From contig CAWJGT010000009.1 of NCBI GenBank assembly GCA_963842525.1, forward strand, positions 576,001 through 640,000: DNA of 64,000 bases, given 5' to 3'. This DNA is from an uncultured Holophagales bacterium (GTDB lineage Bacteria; Acidobacteriota; Thermoanaerobaculia; Multivoradales; UBA5704). Shown one piece after another: positions 20,451 to 30,680 of the stretch; the stretch's first letter is position 1, and every line of letters begins with the position of its first letter. Below the pieces are notes generated by a model. It was given only the letters and a program-made list of their open reading frames with translations. It was not told the origin of the DNA and searched no databases. The position numbers and the translations under genes are program-made.

Positions 20451-20669
20451 ATGATGGAATTACCTGCGGAAGTCTTGATCCACAACGAGCTGTTGGGCGT
20501 GAAGGGTGGGAAGGGGACCCTGCTCCAGGTGAGCTCCGAAGGGTATTACGAAGTGAACTGCGCGTTCGGGGAGAGGATCCACCGCACCCTCTTCCCGATC
20601 CAGAACACGGTCCTCATCTGCCGCCAGCCGGAAGACATGACGCGGCGCGACATCGAAATCGAGCGCTGA
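20451..20669 (+). CDS. small hypothetical protein
   Basis: 72 aa, operonic spacing, GGAGG SD. Confidence 0.7.
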   Translation: MMELPAEVLIHNELLGVKGGKGTLLQVSSEGYYEVNCAFGERIHRTLFPIQNTVLICRQPEDMTRRDIEIER

Positions 20670-20670
20670 C

Positions 20671-21426
20671 ATGACCGCCAACACCGCTGAAACCAGACTG
20701 TCCGTCAATGTCGATCACGTCGCCACGCTGCGCCAGGCGCGCAAGACGTCCTATCCGGATCCCGTCGAGGCGGCCCGCCTCGCCGAGGATGCGGGGGCCT
20801 CCGGGATCACCGTCCACCTGCGGATGGACCGGCGGCACGTCCAGGACGCGGACGTGCAGAGCCTGAAGGAGAGCGTGCGGGGCAAGCTCAACCTCGAGAT
20901 GTCGATCTCCACGGAGATGCTCAAGGCCGCGCTGCGCGTCCGGCCGCACCAGGTGACGCTGGTGCCCGAGCGGCCCGAGGAGGTCACCACCGAGGGTGGG
21001 CTCAACCTGATCTTTTACGGCCGGCGGGTGACCGAGGCCGCCGAGCAGCTCGCCGCGGCCGGCATCGCCGTCTCCCTGTTCATCGACCCCGATCCACGGC
21101 AGCTCCAGGCCCTGGCGACCCTGCCCGGCGGAGGCGCCCGCTGGATCGAGGGGTTCGAGATCAACACCGACGCCTACACCCGGACCACCGACCCGGCCCA
21201 GGCGGAGGAGGAGCTCGGCAAGATCCGCGACATGGCCGCGCTCGGCCAGCAGAGGGGCCTGCGCGTCTACGCCGGCCACGGCCTGCGCACGGACAACGTG
21301 GGTCCGGTCGCCGCCATCCCGCACATGGAGGAGCTGAACATCGGCCACGCCATCGTCGGCCGCGCGGTGCTGGTGGGCATGGCCGCGGCCGTCCAGGAGA
21401 TGCTCGCCGCGATCCGGGGCGCCTGA
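20671..21426 (+). CDS. pdxJ: pyridoxine 5'-phosphate synthase
   Basis: VNVDHVATLRQAR, TVHLR-DRRH, TTEGG, LNIGH. Confidence 0.96.
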   Translation: MTANTAETRLSVNVDHVATLRQARKTSYPDPVEAARLAEDAGASGITVHLRMDRRHVQDADVQSLKESVRGKLNLEMSISTEMLKAALRVRPHQVTLVPERPEEVTTEGGLNLIFYGRRVTEAAEQLAAAGIAVSLFIDPDPRQLQALATLPGGGARWIEGFEINTDAYTRTTDPAQAEEELGKIRDMAALGQQRGLRVYAGHGLRTDNVGPVAAIPHMEELNIGHAIVGRAVLVGMAAAVQEMLAAIRGA

Positions 21427-21429
21427 CGG

Positions 21430-21756
21430 ATGGATGTCGCACAGCCGGTACCGCCGGTCCCCGAGCGTGGCAGGAGGGCCACGCGGATCCTGCTGATCGT
21501 CGCCACGGTCCTCTACGGCCTGTCGCTGGTGCCCGCCGCCTTCATGGTCATGATGTCGCCGATGATGTTCGACGCGGGCCCTTCGCCCGAGGTGTGGACG
21601 ATGTTCGGCCTCGTCGTCGGCTATCCGGTGCTGGTGCTCGTGACGATCGTGCTGGGGTGGGTGCTCTTCGCCTACAAGAAATACCGCGCGGCGCTGATCG
21701 TGAGCCTGCTGCCGATCCTGGAGGTCGTGGCCGGCGTGATCGTCATGATGCTGTGA
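21430..21756 (+). CDS. small membrane protein
   Basis: Three hydrophobic helices, MMFDAG motif. Confidence 0.75.
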   Translation: MDVAQPVPPVPERGRRATRILLIVATVLYGLSLVPAAFMVMMSPMMFDAGPSPEVWTMFGLVVGYPVLVLVTIVLGWVLFAYKKYRAALIVSLLPILEVVAGVIVMML

Positions 21757-24195
21757 GGCTAGGCGTCGGACTTGCGAGTCCGGCCAGCTCAGCCAGCTCC
21801 CGCAAGACCGCAACCTGGGCGGTGGTGAACGACTTTTCACCACGGTGAATGGCTTCTATCTCTTTCAGGGCCTCCGCTCTTTCGGCAGGATCGTGGCGGG
21901 CAGAAAACAAGCGAGCCCACAGAAACTCTGCCTCGCGGCAGGCTTTCCTGCGATCGTCGACCAGTTGGTCCCGCACGTTGAGCCCGAAGATGTCAAGACA
22001 GGCCTGGCCGCGCGAGGTGCGATGGCCCATCAGACCCGTCTTCGTATCGACCACCAGATGGTGGCTCGGATCGTCGGCCTCCTGGTCGCTTAGCGGATTG
22101 ATCAGCAGAGGCTTTTCCTCTGCCACTTCTTCGGGCCGCTGAGCATGGCGGCCCTCGACCGGAAAGCGGCTGTGCTTCCCGATCCTACGCCCCTGGCGGA
22201 CGTCGTCCTGGTTGCATTTGACGCACGTCGGCAGCAGATTCGTCCACTCATAGGCCAGCCAGTAGTAGCCCGGATGCTTCACGGGCTCGCCGTCGGCGTC
22301 GATCTGGACCTGCCCCTGCTCGTCGAGCAGCTCCGGATCGGCGGAGGTCGTCATCTCACGCAGGGTCTTGCCGACCGCGGCTTCCACTTCCTGCTCGAAC
22401 GGCCGCTCGCCGGAACGCAGGCTCTGGTCGAGCCGTTCCGACAGGCGATCGAGCTCGGCGTCCTCTTCTGGCGTGCGGTCGGCTTTGCCGCGCAGCTCGG
22501 CGAAGCGGTCGAGGTCACTGACCGAGCCCAGGCTGCGGCTGGTGGGAAGGCCGAAGGCCTCGGAGGCGAGCACCTGGTCGGCACGCAGGCCGGCCAGCTC
22601 CTGCCGATCGATGATCACCAGCTCCGGCGGCCCGTCGAGCTGGGCCTTGAGGCGGCACACCAGGGCATCCTCGAAGTCGGCCGACGCCGCAGCCAGGAGC
22701 GGCGTGTGGGTGGTGGCGAAGATCTGCGTCGCGGGGAACTGCCGGCGCAGGCGGTCGACGATGTGGCGCTGCCAGACGGGGTGCAGGTGCTGCTCCAGCT
22801 CGTCGATCAGCAGGATGCCACCCAGCTCGCGGCCGCTGTTGAAGCGCCCCGCATAGACGCCCCAACCGATGAAGTCGAGCACCCATTGCATGGTGCTGCG
22901 ATAGCCGTCCGACAGGACCCGCAGTGCCTGGCGGCCCCAGGGGCCGTCGATGACGGGGCCGGTCTTAGGATACGTGACCTCGTAGCCCGGAGCGTCGAGC
23001 ATAAGGATCTGCAGGACCTTGTGCTCGATCTCCTGCCGCAGGTCCGGGCTCTGACGCAACAGCACCAGCTCGGGATTCTGCAGCGACGCCTCGTCGTCGA
23101 AAAGAGTGCGTACCGCGTCACGGACGGTGTAAGTCTCGAATCCGGCGTGCGCCTGGCGACCACGGTTGGTGCCGTAGCCGCACACGAAGAGCTTGTTCCA
23201 AGGAAAGGGGTCTGGGGCGGTGTCCTTGCGCAGGGTCTCCCCACCGGTCGCCTCGTCGCGGGTGATCCGGGTGATGATCGACAGGTTGCGATCTTCCTCG
23301 GCATCGTGAAGCTCGATCCGGATCGTCCCGGAGCCGGCACCTTCCCGGACCATGCTGCCGGGTAGCTCGCGCATCAACGCGGCGGCGTCGCTCTCCTGGC
23401 ACAACCCCAGCGCAAGGCTGCGCAGCAAGGTCGACTTGCCGGCGGCGTTGTCGCCTAGGACGGTGATCCAGCCGGTCCCGTCGGCCACGGCGAGGTCCAG
23501 GCTCTCGAAGCAGCGGACGTTCTCGAGCACGAGGCGCTGGATGCGGAGCTGCCCACGCACAGGCTCGCTTGTCGGGGAAAAGTCTCGCAGCTCCGTTCCT
23601 GTTTTGCTTTGCTTCAGCCCGCAAAGCCCCCGTTCGGCTCGAATCAGAACTGGAGCCATTGATTCAGAAAAAAGATTTTCAAGACGTAGGACAACGATAC
23701 CATACTGAAAGGCGTATGGAACTTCCTTTGTCTGTCCGATCGCCTCGTAAAACGCGAGCGAAAACACGAAGGCGGCTTTATCGGAAATCTCTTTCTGTGT
23801 CCCGATTACGAACGGAATGTGCCGCGCGATCGCCTCCGCCTGATGCAGAGAGAAGCAACGATCTAAAAACACGCACTGAATGTGTTGTTTGAAGATCTCG
23901 AAGAAGGACTCCAGTGCTTCTGCGGTGACTAAGCGGGCTACACCATTATCGCCCCTTCAAGTACGATGCCGGCCTCCTCGCCATGTCCTGAAAAATGGAC
24001 GAAGTGAGGTTTGTACGACAGCATATGGCGACTGAGGTCCCTCGGGCGGACGGCCTCACGAATCTGCAGCTCGAACGGCATCATTGTCCGGCTCTCAAGG
24101 GCCTCCCTGATCCGGCGAGCTTCTTGGTCCAGGCGGAGTTTCGCCGTGTTCAAAGGATCAGCAGACAGCAGTAGAATGCGAACAAGTTTCCTCAT
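21743..24195 (-). CDS. CHAT domain + ABC/AAA_21-type ATPase + partial HNH nuclease (Septu PtuA/PtuB-like); frameshift near 23953
   Basis: HFSGHG and LDRCFS CHAT motifs joined by removing one G; GDNAAGKST, LSDGY, IDELEQHLHP, TTH; C-terminal GYYWLAYEWTNLLPTCVKCN. Confidence 0.8.
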
Positions 24196-24376
24196 GTCAT
24201 TACTATTTTAAGCGTGCCCCATTTGCAGTCAACATGGAGGTCTCGGATCCTGTTCCCGCTCCCCGAAGCTCCAAAAGGCCGCCGGCCAAGCGGACGTCTC
24301 CGGTCCCTGTCGTCCCCTCCGCCCCCGCTGTCCTCTGGGAACCCGAGACCTATCCCCCCGGCACCTATCCCCGGTG

Positions 24377-24766
24377 TCAGGCCCAGAGGATCTCGATTTC
24401 GTAGGGCTCCAGGAGCCGGTCGTGAGTGACGAGGGCCAAGCCTTCTGCCTGCGCCTGTGCGACCAGCGTCCGATCGAAAGGGTCCCGGTGGTGGGGAGGA
24501 AGGGTGCCCGGCCCGCTCGGCGTGGGAGAACGTAATGAGGAGCTTCTCGAAACCGCTCGCGAGGACACCCGCCTCCATCGTGTCGGGGAAGCGAGACGGC
24601 CCAAGGAGGCCTTGATCGCAGCCTCCCAGGCCGAGGCCGCACTCACGAACACGATCTCTGCCGATGCGATCTTGTTTTGTACGTCGGCGGCCAACCGGGA
24701 GGGCTCGCCTCGCCACCAGAGAAAGACGTGGGTATCGAGGAGGAGCCGGGTTGAAGGTTCACCCAC
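24377..24766 (-). CDS. vapC: VapC/PIN toxin (two compensating frameshifts)
   Basis: LLLDTHVFLWW, SAASAWE, HRDPFDR. Confidence 0.88.
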   Translation of the reverse strand: MGEPSTRLLLDTHVFLWWRGEPSRLAADVQNKIASAEIVFVSAASAWEAAIKASLGRLASPTRWRRVSSRAVSRSSSLRSPTPSGPGTLPPHHRDPFDRTLVAQAQAEGLALVTHDRLLEPYEIEILWA

Positions 24767-24770
24767 GCCC

Positions 24771-25007
24771 TCACTCAAAGGCGGCCTGGATCTCCGGAGG
24801 CAGGGGAGCGTCGAAGTCTTCCGAGATGCGCATCCTGCCTTCCCACCCGCCAGGCCGGCGCGGCTCAGCAGGCCGATGGAACGGCACGAGCTTGGCGAGA
24901 GGCTTGCCCGCCTTGGACAGAATGATCTCCTCACCGCTCGCGGCGCGGTCGACGAGCCGCGAGAGAGAAGTCTTCGCCTCGTATAGGTTGTAGATGACCT
25001 CGGACAT
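24771..25007 (-). CDS. Phd/YefM family antitoxin
   Basis: NLYEAKTSLSRLV-GEEII-GKPLAKLVP, FDAPLP tail. Confidence 0.9.
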   Translation of the reverse strand: MSEVIYNLYEAKTSLSRLVDRAASGEEIILSKAGKPLAKLVPFHRPAEPRRPGGWEGRMRISEDFDAPLPPEIQAAFE

Positions 25008-25115
25008 CGGCGGGTTCTCCAGGTTGACCAACCCTGACCAAGTCTAGGCGTCCGGTGGTCAGGGTCAAGAGGCGGTGCTCGGCCTTTCTCACCAACTCCA
25101 CAGCCCGAAATCGGT

Positions 25116-25135
25116 GCACTGTATAGCCAGGGACG
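25116..25135 (+). promoter_or_regulatory. upstream motif shared by DPxG-peptide genes (copy 2)
   Basis: GCACTGTATAGCCAGGGACG, 17/20 identical to 4514-4533 (minus strand). Confidence 0.55.
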
Positions 25136-25194
25136 GTCCCTCCCTCCCGCGGTGGGAGACAGGAGCGGATGCCGTTCCAGACAAGGAGACCTCC

Positions 25195-25476
25195 TTGAGC
25201 CGCAGCGCTCGCCGTATCTCTGTCCTGCTTCTCCTTCTTCTCGCCGCAGCCGTGGCCGCTCCTCCTGCCTTTGCCGGCGGCGACGACAGCGCCCGGGCCG
25301 TGCGAGGGGTCCACAGCCTCTTCTCCTCCCTCCGGCAGACCCTGGGCGAGATCGTCGCCCGCTTCGCCCTGGAGTCCGCCAGTGACTCGGACGGCCGCTC
25401 GACCATCGACCCGAACGGCGCCACCGCGCCCGCTGGCGATCCTGACGGCCGCTCGACCCTCGACCCGGACGGCTAG
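25195..25476 (+). CDS. secreted peptide precursor with two DGRSTxDPxG repeats
   Basis: AAGGAG SD + TTG start; signal peptide ending AFA; DGRSTIDPNG and DGRSTLDPDG at the C-terminus. Confidence 0.8.
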   Translation: MSRSARRISVLLLLLLAAAVAAPPAFAGGDDSARAVRGVHSLFSSLRQTLGEIVARFALESASDSDGRSTIDPNGATAPAGDPDGRSTLDPDG

Positions 25477-25599
25477 GCGGCCCCCGTTTCCTTTGTTGAC
25501 ATGTCCGCCGGTGCCGTACCGGCGGTCTTTTTGTTCTCCCGAGACGCGCTTCTGAAGTACGATAGAGCGCACGGAAACAGGAATTGTGGGAGGACCACG

Positions 25600-26966
25600 A
25601 TGGCAGAGCGGCACATTCCGGAAGGTCTGTTCAGGCGGTTCTTGCGGCAGGAGACCTCTCGCGACGAGTCGCGCGAGATCGTGCGTCATCTCCTGACCGG
25701 ATGCCCGCAGTGCTCGGAGACGGGGTACCGGGTGGTCTCCGAGATCGGCCTGGTCGTACCCCCCGAGTCTCCGCAACCCGCGTGGGAAGAGGCGTACGAA
25801 GGCTCTTCTCCCGGGCGCTCGCCTTCTCCAGCGAGGAGGAGCGGCGGATCGCGTGGGAGAAGCTTCAGGGGTGGGCCCGCTGGATGGAGCTCGAGCCATT
25901 GAGCCCGCAGGAACGGCTCGTCCGGATGGAGTCCGACGTGCGTTTCCAGACTTACGGGCTCTACTCCCGGCTCCTCGAGGCGAGCCGCTGGTACAGCCGC
26001 ACTGATCCGGGCGAGGCGGTCGATATCGTCCGCCTCGCCGTCGTTGTGGCGGAGCGGCTCGATCCAAGCAGGATCGGACGGCAGCGCACCGCGGATCTCC
26101 AGGCTGCCGCCCGGGCAGAGCTCGGCAACGCCTGCCGGATCGCCGAGGACTTCGAAGGAGCCCGCCAGGCGTTCGATGAGGCCTGGCGCATCCTGGAGAC
26201 TGGAACGGGCGATCCGGCCGAGGAGGCCCATCTCATCAGCCTCGAAGCCTCGTACCTGAAGGACATTGGAGACTACGAGCTGGCCGAGGCTTCCCTGGCC
26301 GAGGCGCTCCGGATGTACCGGGCCATCGGAGACACCCACCACCAAGGCCGGGTGCTTCTCAAGATGGGCGAGGTCATCGGGCACGTCCAACCGGAGCAGG
26401 GCGTTGCTCACATCCAGAAAGCCCTGACCCTCCTGGATGCGGCGAGGGAGCCGAGGCTGGAGCTCTATGCACAGCATGACCTCGCCCAGTTCCTGAGCGA
26501 CAGCGGCCGGCCCGAGGAGGCGCTCGCCGTTCTTGAGCGCGCTCGTCCTCTCTACCAGCAGTTCCAGGAGGAGCCGGTCCAGCTTCGCCTGCACTGGCTC
26601 GAAGCCAAGATCGCCAGCCGCCTCGGTGACCTCGCTGAGGCCGAAAGCATCCTCGCGCAGCTCTGGGAGGAATTCCGCGTCCGCAACCTCTATCAGGAGG
26701 TGGTGCTCGTCACAATCGACCTGGCGCAGATCCTGACCCGCAAGGGGGAGTCGGCGCGCGCCGCGCAGCTCGCGTCCGAGTGCCACACGATCATGGCCGG
26801 CTGGGGCCTGCACCGGGATGCCCTCACCGCGTGGCTCGTCTTCTGCGACGCCCTGGCCCAGGACCGCGTCAAGATAGACCTCTTCGAGCGGCTCGGCGAC
26901 TACTTCCGCCGCCACCGGTTCCGGCCCGCTCCCTTCAGCACGGCGGATACCCCGCGGGAGGAATGA
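25600..26966 (+). CDS. TPR-like protein with N-terminal HxxxxCxxC zinc finger; frameshift near 25800
   Basis: RHLLTGCPQC, TPR-like helices, same layout as 1030..2416. Confidence 0.8.
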
Positions 26967-27010
26967 GCGACCCCAGGGCGACGTCGAGTCTCTCCATAAT
27001 CGAAGGCGCT

Positions 27011-27136
27011 CTACACGCTGGCAATCAGCCGGTTGCGAAGGCTGCGCCCGCGTCGTAGGATCTCCTTGCCTCGCCGCGTCGTCTCACGAAGTTGCCTGCG
27101 ATGGTCATCCTCTGGATGCCCGGCATCTGTTGCCAT
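27011..27136 (-). pseudogene. possible short coiled-coil gene remnant
   Basis: QLRETTRRGKEILRRGRSLRNRL helix with early TAG; weak. Confidence 0.25.
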
Positions 27137-27189
27137 GCCGCTCGGGCAAAGGCGAAGCGTTGAGAGGAAATCTCGACGGGCTTGGAGAG

Positions 27190-27785
27190 AATTGGGCGGG
27201 CTTTCGAGACGATTCTGGAGGCCTTGCGGAACAGTTCTGGAAGGATTCCGGACAGTTCTCCAGGGCTTCGGAAAAATTCTGGAGCCCTCCAGAAAAAATC
27301 CTAAGGGCTCCAAAAGTTTTTCCAGCCCTTCCGAGGAACTCTGAAGCCCTCCAAAACTTTTCTCCAGGACTTCGGAACGGTTCCGAAGGCTTCCGGAAGT
27401 TTTCTGGACGGCTCGAAAAAATTCTGGAAGGCTTCGGGACGGTTCTGGAGTCCTTCAGAACTTTTCTCCAAGGCTTCGGATCGGTTCCGAAGGCTTCCAG
27501 AAAGTTTCCGAACGGCTGGAAAAATTTCTGAAAGGCTTCCGGAAGGTTCCGAAGCTCTCCGGAACTCTTCTCCAAGGCTTCGGATCGGCTCCGAAGCCTT
27601 CCGGAAAACTTCTGGACGGCTGGAAAAACTTCTGGAAGGCTTCCGGGAGATTCTGAAGCCCTTCAGAATTCTTCTCCAGGGCTCCAGATCGGCTTCGAAG
27701 CCTTCCGGGAAACTTCTAGCCGGCTCGAAAAGTTTCCAGAAGGCTTCCGGAAGACTCTGAACCCCTTGAAACTTCTCCTCCAGCC
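27190..27785. repeat. degenerate 21-bp tandem array with ~105-bp higher-order period
   Basis: Units such as TTCTGGAAGGCTTCCGGAAAA; TTCTCCAAGGCTTCGGATCGG recurs about 105 bp apart; GC lower than flanks. Confidence 0.9.
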
Positions 27786-27828
27786 GTAAGGACTCGTCAC
27801 GAAGTAAGTGAACGTGGCGTTGTAGGCC

Positions 27829-29194
27829 CTACCTCACCCCCAGCTCTTCCGAGATAACGCCGGCCAGCTCGCCGGCAAGGGCTTCGATCCAGGCCTGGTC
27901 GGGGCCTTCGATCATGACGCGGGCGAGGGGCTCGGTGCCGCTGTAACGCAGGACGAGGCGGCCGTCCTCGCCCAATCTCTCCTCCACGGTGCGGGCTGTA
28001 GCGGCCACCCGGGGGACCTGGAAGAGGTCGGGCTTGCGGGCCACACGCACGTTCTGCAGCACCTGGGGGTAGCGGCGGAAGCCGGCGAGGAGCTCCGAGA
28101 GGGGTCGCCCGGCCCGGCGGACGAGCCAGGCCATCTGCAGCGCGGTTAGCAGGCCGTCGCCCGTGCTCGCGAGGCCGCTCTGCACGATGTGGCCCGACTG
28201 CTCGCCGCCCAGGAGGATGCCCTCCCTGCTGCATGGCCTCGACCACGTAGCGGTCGCCCACGCCGCAACGCTCGATCCCGATCCCCTCGCGGGCAAGCGC
28301 CCGTTCCAGGCCCAGATTGCTCATCGTGGTCGCCACAATGCGCGGCGGCACGAGCGCGCCGCGGTCGCGCAGGAAGATCGCCCAGAGGTAGAGGATGGCG
28401 TCGCCGTCCCGCACCTCGCCCCGCTCGTCGGCCAGGATGCAGCGGTCGGCGTCGCCGTCGAAGGCGGCGCCGAGGGCCGCCCCCTCGGCCACCACCCGGT
28501 CCGCCATGTCCCCGGGAGCGGTCGAGCCGCAACCGTCGTTGACGTTGCGGCCGTTGGGCGCGGCATGGAGGAGCGTCACGGCGGCGCCGAGCCGCTCGAA
28601 CAGCTCGCCGGCGTAGGACGAGGCGGCGCCGTTGCCGGCGTCGAGGACGATCTTCAGGCCGGCGAGCGGCCGGTCGCCCGGCACGGTGGCGGCCAGATGG
28701 CGCAGATAGAGCTCGCGCAGCCCGGCCTCGACCGGCAGGTCCCCGTTCCAGGGCTCGACGTCCATGGAAGGCTTGGCTTCGAGGCGGCGCTCCAGGGCGG
28801 CTTCGTCCTCCTCGCTCCACTTGGATCCCTGCGGATCGATCAGCTTGATCCCGTTGTCCGGATGGGGGTTGTGGCTCGCCGACACCACGGCGCCGCAAGC
28901 GGCGTCCAGCTCGCGGGCCAGGAAGGCGACCCCCGGCGTGGGGATGACCCCGGCGTGGCGGACGCGCGCGCCGCCCGCGGCCAGGCCTTCGGCGAGCCAA
29001 CGGCAGATCTCGGGCGTGCTCTCCCGGGTGTCGCCGCCCAGGACCACCACCGGTGCGTTCCCGGCCTTCTCCTGCAGCGTGGCCGCGAGGTGGGAGGCGA
29101 GGGCTGTCACGGTGGCGCGGTCGAGGGGCGGCTCGCCGGCCCGTCCGCGGACGCCGTCGGTTCCGAAGAGATGTCGCGTCGGGCTCGAGGTCAC
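27829..29194 (-). CDS. glmM: phosphoglucosamine mutase; frameshift near 28225
   Basis: FGTDGVRG, SASHNP, DGDADR, GGEQSGH, RYSGTEP. Confidence 0.95.
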
Positions 29195-29898
29195 GTCTGG
29201 GGTCTCCGCGCCGCCGGCTGGGCGCCGCCGGCAGTCGCTTCATCGGTCTTGTCTTCAGGCTGGTGCAGCGGCACCCGGACGGTCACCTCGGATGGCTGTA
29301 CGACCTGGATCAGGGGATTGGGGGACACCACCTCCACCTGTTGCTCGAAGGTCACGGCGTGCCCGTTCAGGTTGATCGGACGTGTGGTCAGCGACGTAGT
29401 GCTGGCGAGAAGAGACTCCGGGCCGGTCACCAGCACCTGGCTCGGGAAGACCTCCGGCTCGTCGGCGACCGCTCCGGCCGCAGGCGCTCCGACGAGCTGC
29501 GGCACCACGGGCAGGCTCTGGCTGCCCTCCCGCTCCACGGCGACGTCGATGATGTTCGGCTCGATCGACACCACCTCCAGCCCGTCCGGCATCAGGACGT
29601 TCCTGGAGCTGAGGTTGACGGTGACCCGGCCCGGCTCGGCCGGCGGGAGGTCGACCTGGACGCTCACCATCTGGGGGTTGAGCTGGCGGATCAGCCGGCT
29701 GCTGCCGCGTAGCCGGAGATTGACGGTCCCCACCGGGTCGAGGATCATGAGGCCGCGCGGCCGGTTGTAGGTGACGCTCGCCTCGACGAGCCGCTCGGTC
29801 AGCTCCACCCGGTCCTCGAACGAGACGCTGAACCATACGGCGACGGCGATGCCGAGCGCCAACAGGCGCAGGCCCCATGTCCGGGCGTTGTCGCTCAT
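29191..29898 (-). CDS. cdaR: CdaR/YbbR family regulator of diadenylate cyclase
   Basis: N-terminal TM, YbbR-like beta domains, between cdaA and glmM. Confidence 0.88.
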   Translation of the reverse strand: MSDNARTWGLRLLALGIAVAVWFSVSFEDRVELTERLVEASVTYNRPRGLMILDPVGTVNLRLRGSSRLIRQLNPQMVSVQVDLPPAEPGRVTVNLSSRNVLMPDGLEVVSIEPNIIDVAVEREGSQSLPVVPQLVGAPAAGAVADEPEVFPSQVLVTGPESLLASTTSLTTRPINLNGHAVTFEQQVEVVSPNPLIQVVQPSEVTVRVPLHQPEDKTDEATAGGAQPAARRPQT

Positions 29899-30680
29899 GC
29901 GGTCCCCGCCTGGGGATAGAGGTCGGTGACCAGGTATTTATAGAGGGTGTTGCGCAGGCTCTTGCCGTCGAGGTCGCGGATCATCTCGCCGTCGAACGCC
30001 ACGGAAATGATGCCGGTCTCCTCGGAGACGACCACGGCCACGGCGTCGGTCTCCTCGGTGATGCCGAGGGCGGCCCGGTGGCGGGTGCCGAACTCCTTGG
30101 ACAGCTCGGGGTTGCCGGTGAGCGGCAGGAAACAGGCGGCCGCTGCGATGCGGTCGTCCTGCACGATGACCGCGCCGTCGTGGAGCGGCGTGTCCGGGGA
30201 GAAGATGTTGATCAGCAGGTCGTAGGAGAGCGCGGCGTCGAGCGGGATGCCGTTCTCGATGTAGGTGCGCAGCCCCTGCAGGCGCTCGATCACGATCAGC
30301 GCGCCGACCTTGCGCGACGACAGGGTGGTCGCCGCGAGCACGATGTCGCCGAAGGACGAGACCACCTTCTGCTGCTTGGTCAGCCCCCACAGCGGGTTGC
30401 GCCCGAAGCTCGCGAGGGCCCGCCGGATCTCCTGCTGGAAGAGGATGATGATGGCGAAAGGGACGACGATGAGCAGGCTCTCCAGCATCTTCTGGAGGGT
30501 CGGCAGCTCGAGCGCCCGGGCCACGTAGTAGACGAGGCCCACGAAGACGATGCCGAGCAGCATCTGGACGGCGCGCGTGCCCCGGATGAGGAGCAGCAGG
30601 TTGTAGACCACCACCGCGACGACCAGGATGTCGATGGCGTCGCGCCAGGTCAGCAGCTCCAGGAAGCGCTGGACGGTCAC
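29895..30680 (-). CDS. cdaA: diadenylate cyclase
   Basis: Three TM helices, PLHDGA, GTRHRAA, VSEETG. Confidence 0.95.
   Translation of the reverse strand: MTVQRFLELLTWRDAIDILVVAVVVYNLLLLIRGTRAVQMLLGIVFVGLVYYVARALELPTLQKMLESLLIVVPFAIIILFQQEIRRALASFGRNPLWGLTKQQKVVSSFGDIVLAATTLSSRKVGALIVIERLQGLRTYIENGIPLDAALSYDLLINIFSPDTPLHDGAVIVQDDRIAAAACFLPLTGNPELSKEFGTRHRAALGITEETDAVAVVVSEETGIISVAFDGEMIRDLDGKSLRNTLYKYLVTDLYPQAGTA

Noticed and set aside
21743-24195. Retron-associated system
   Set aside because: No reverse transcriptase or msr-msd-like element nearby
27190-27785. Possible CRISPR array
   Set aside because: Contiguous degenerate units with no unique spacers and no cas genes
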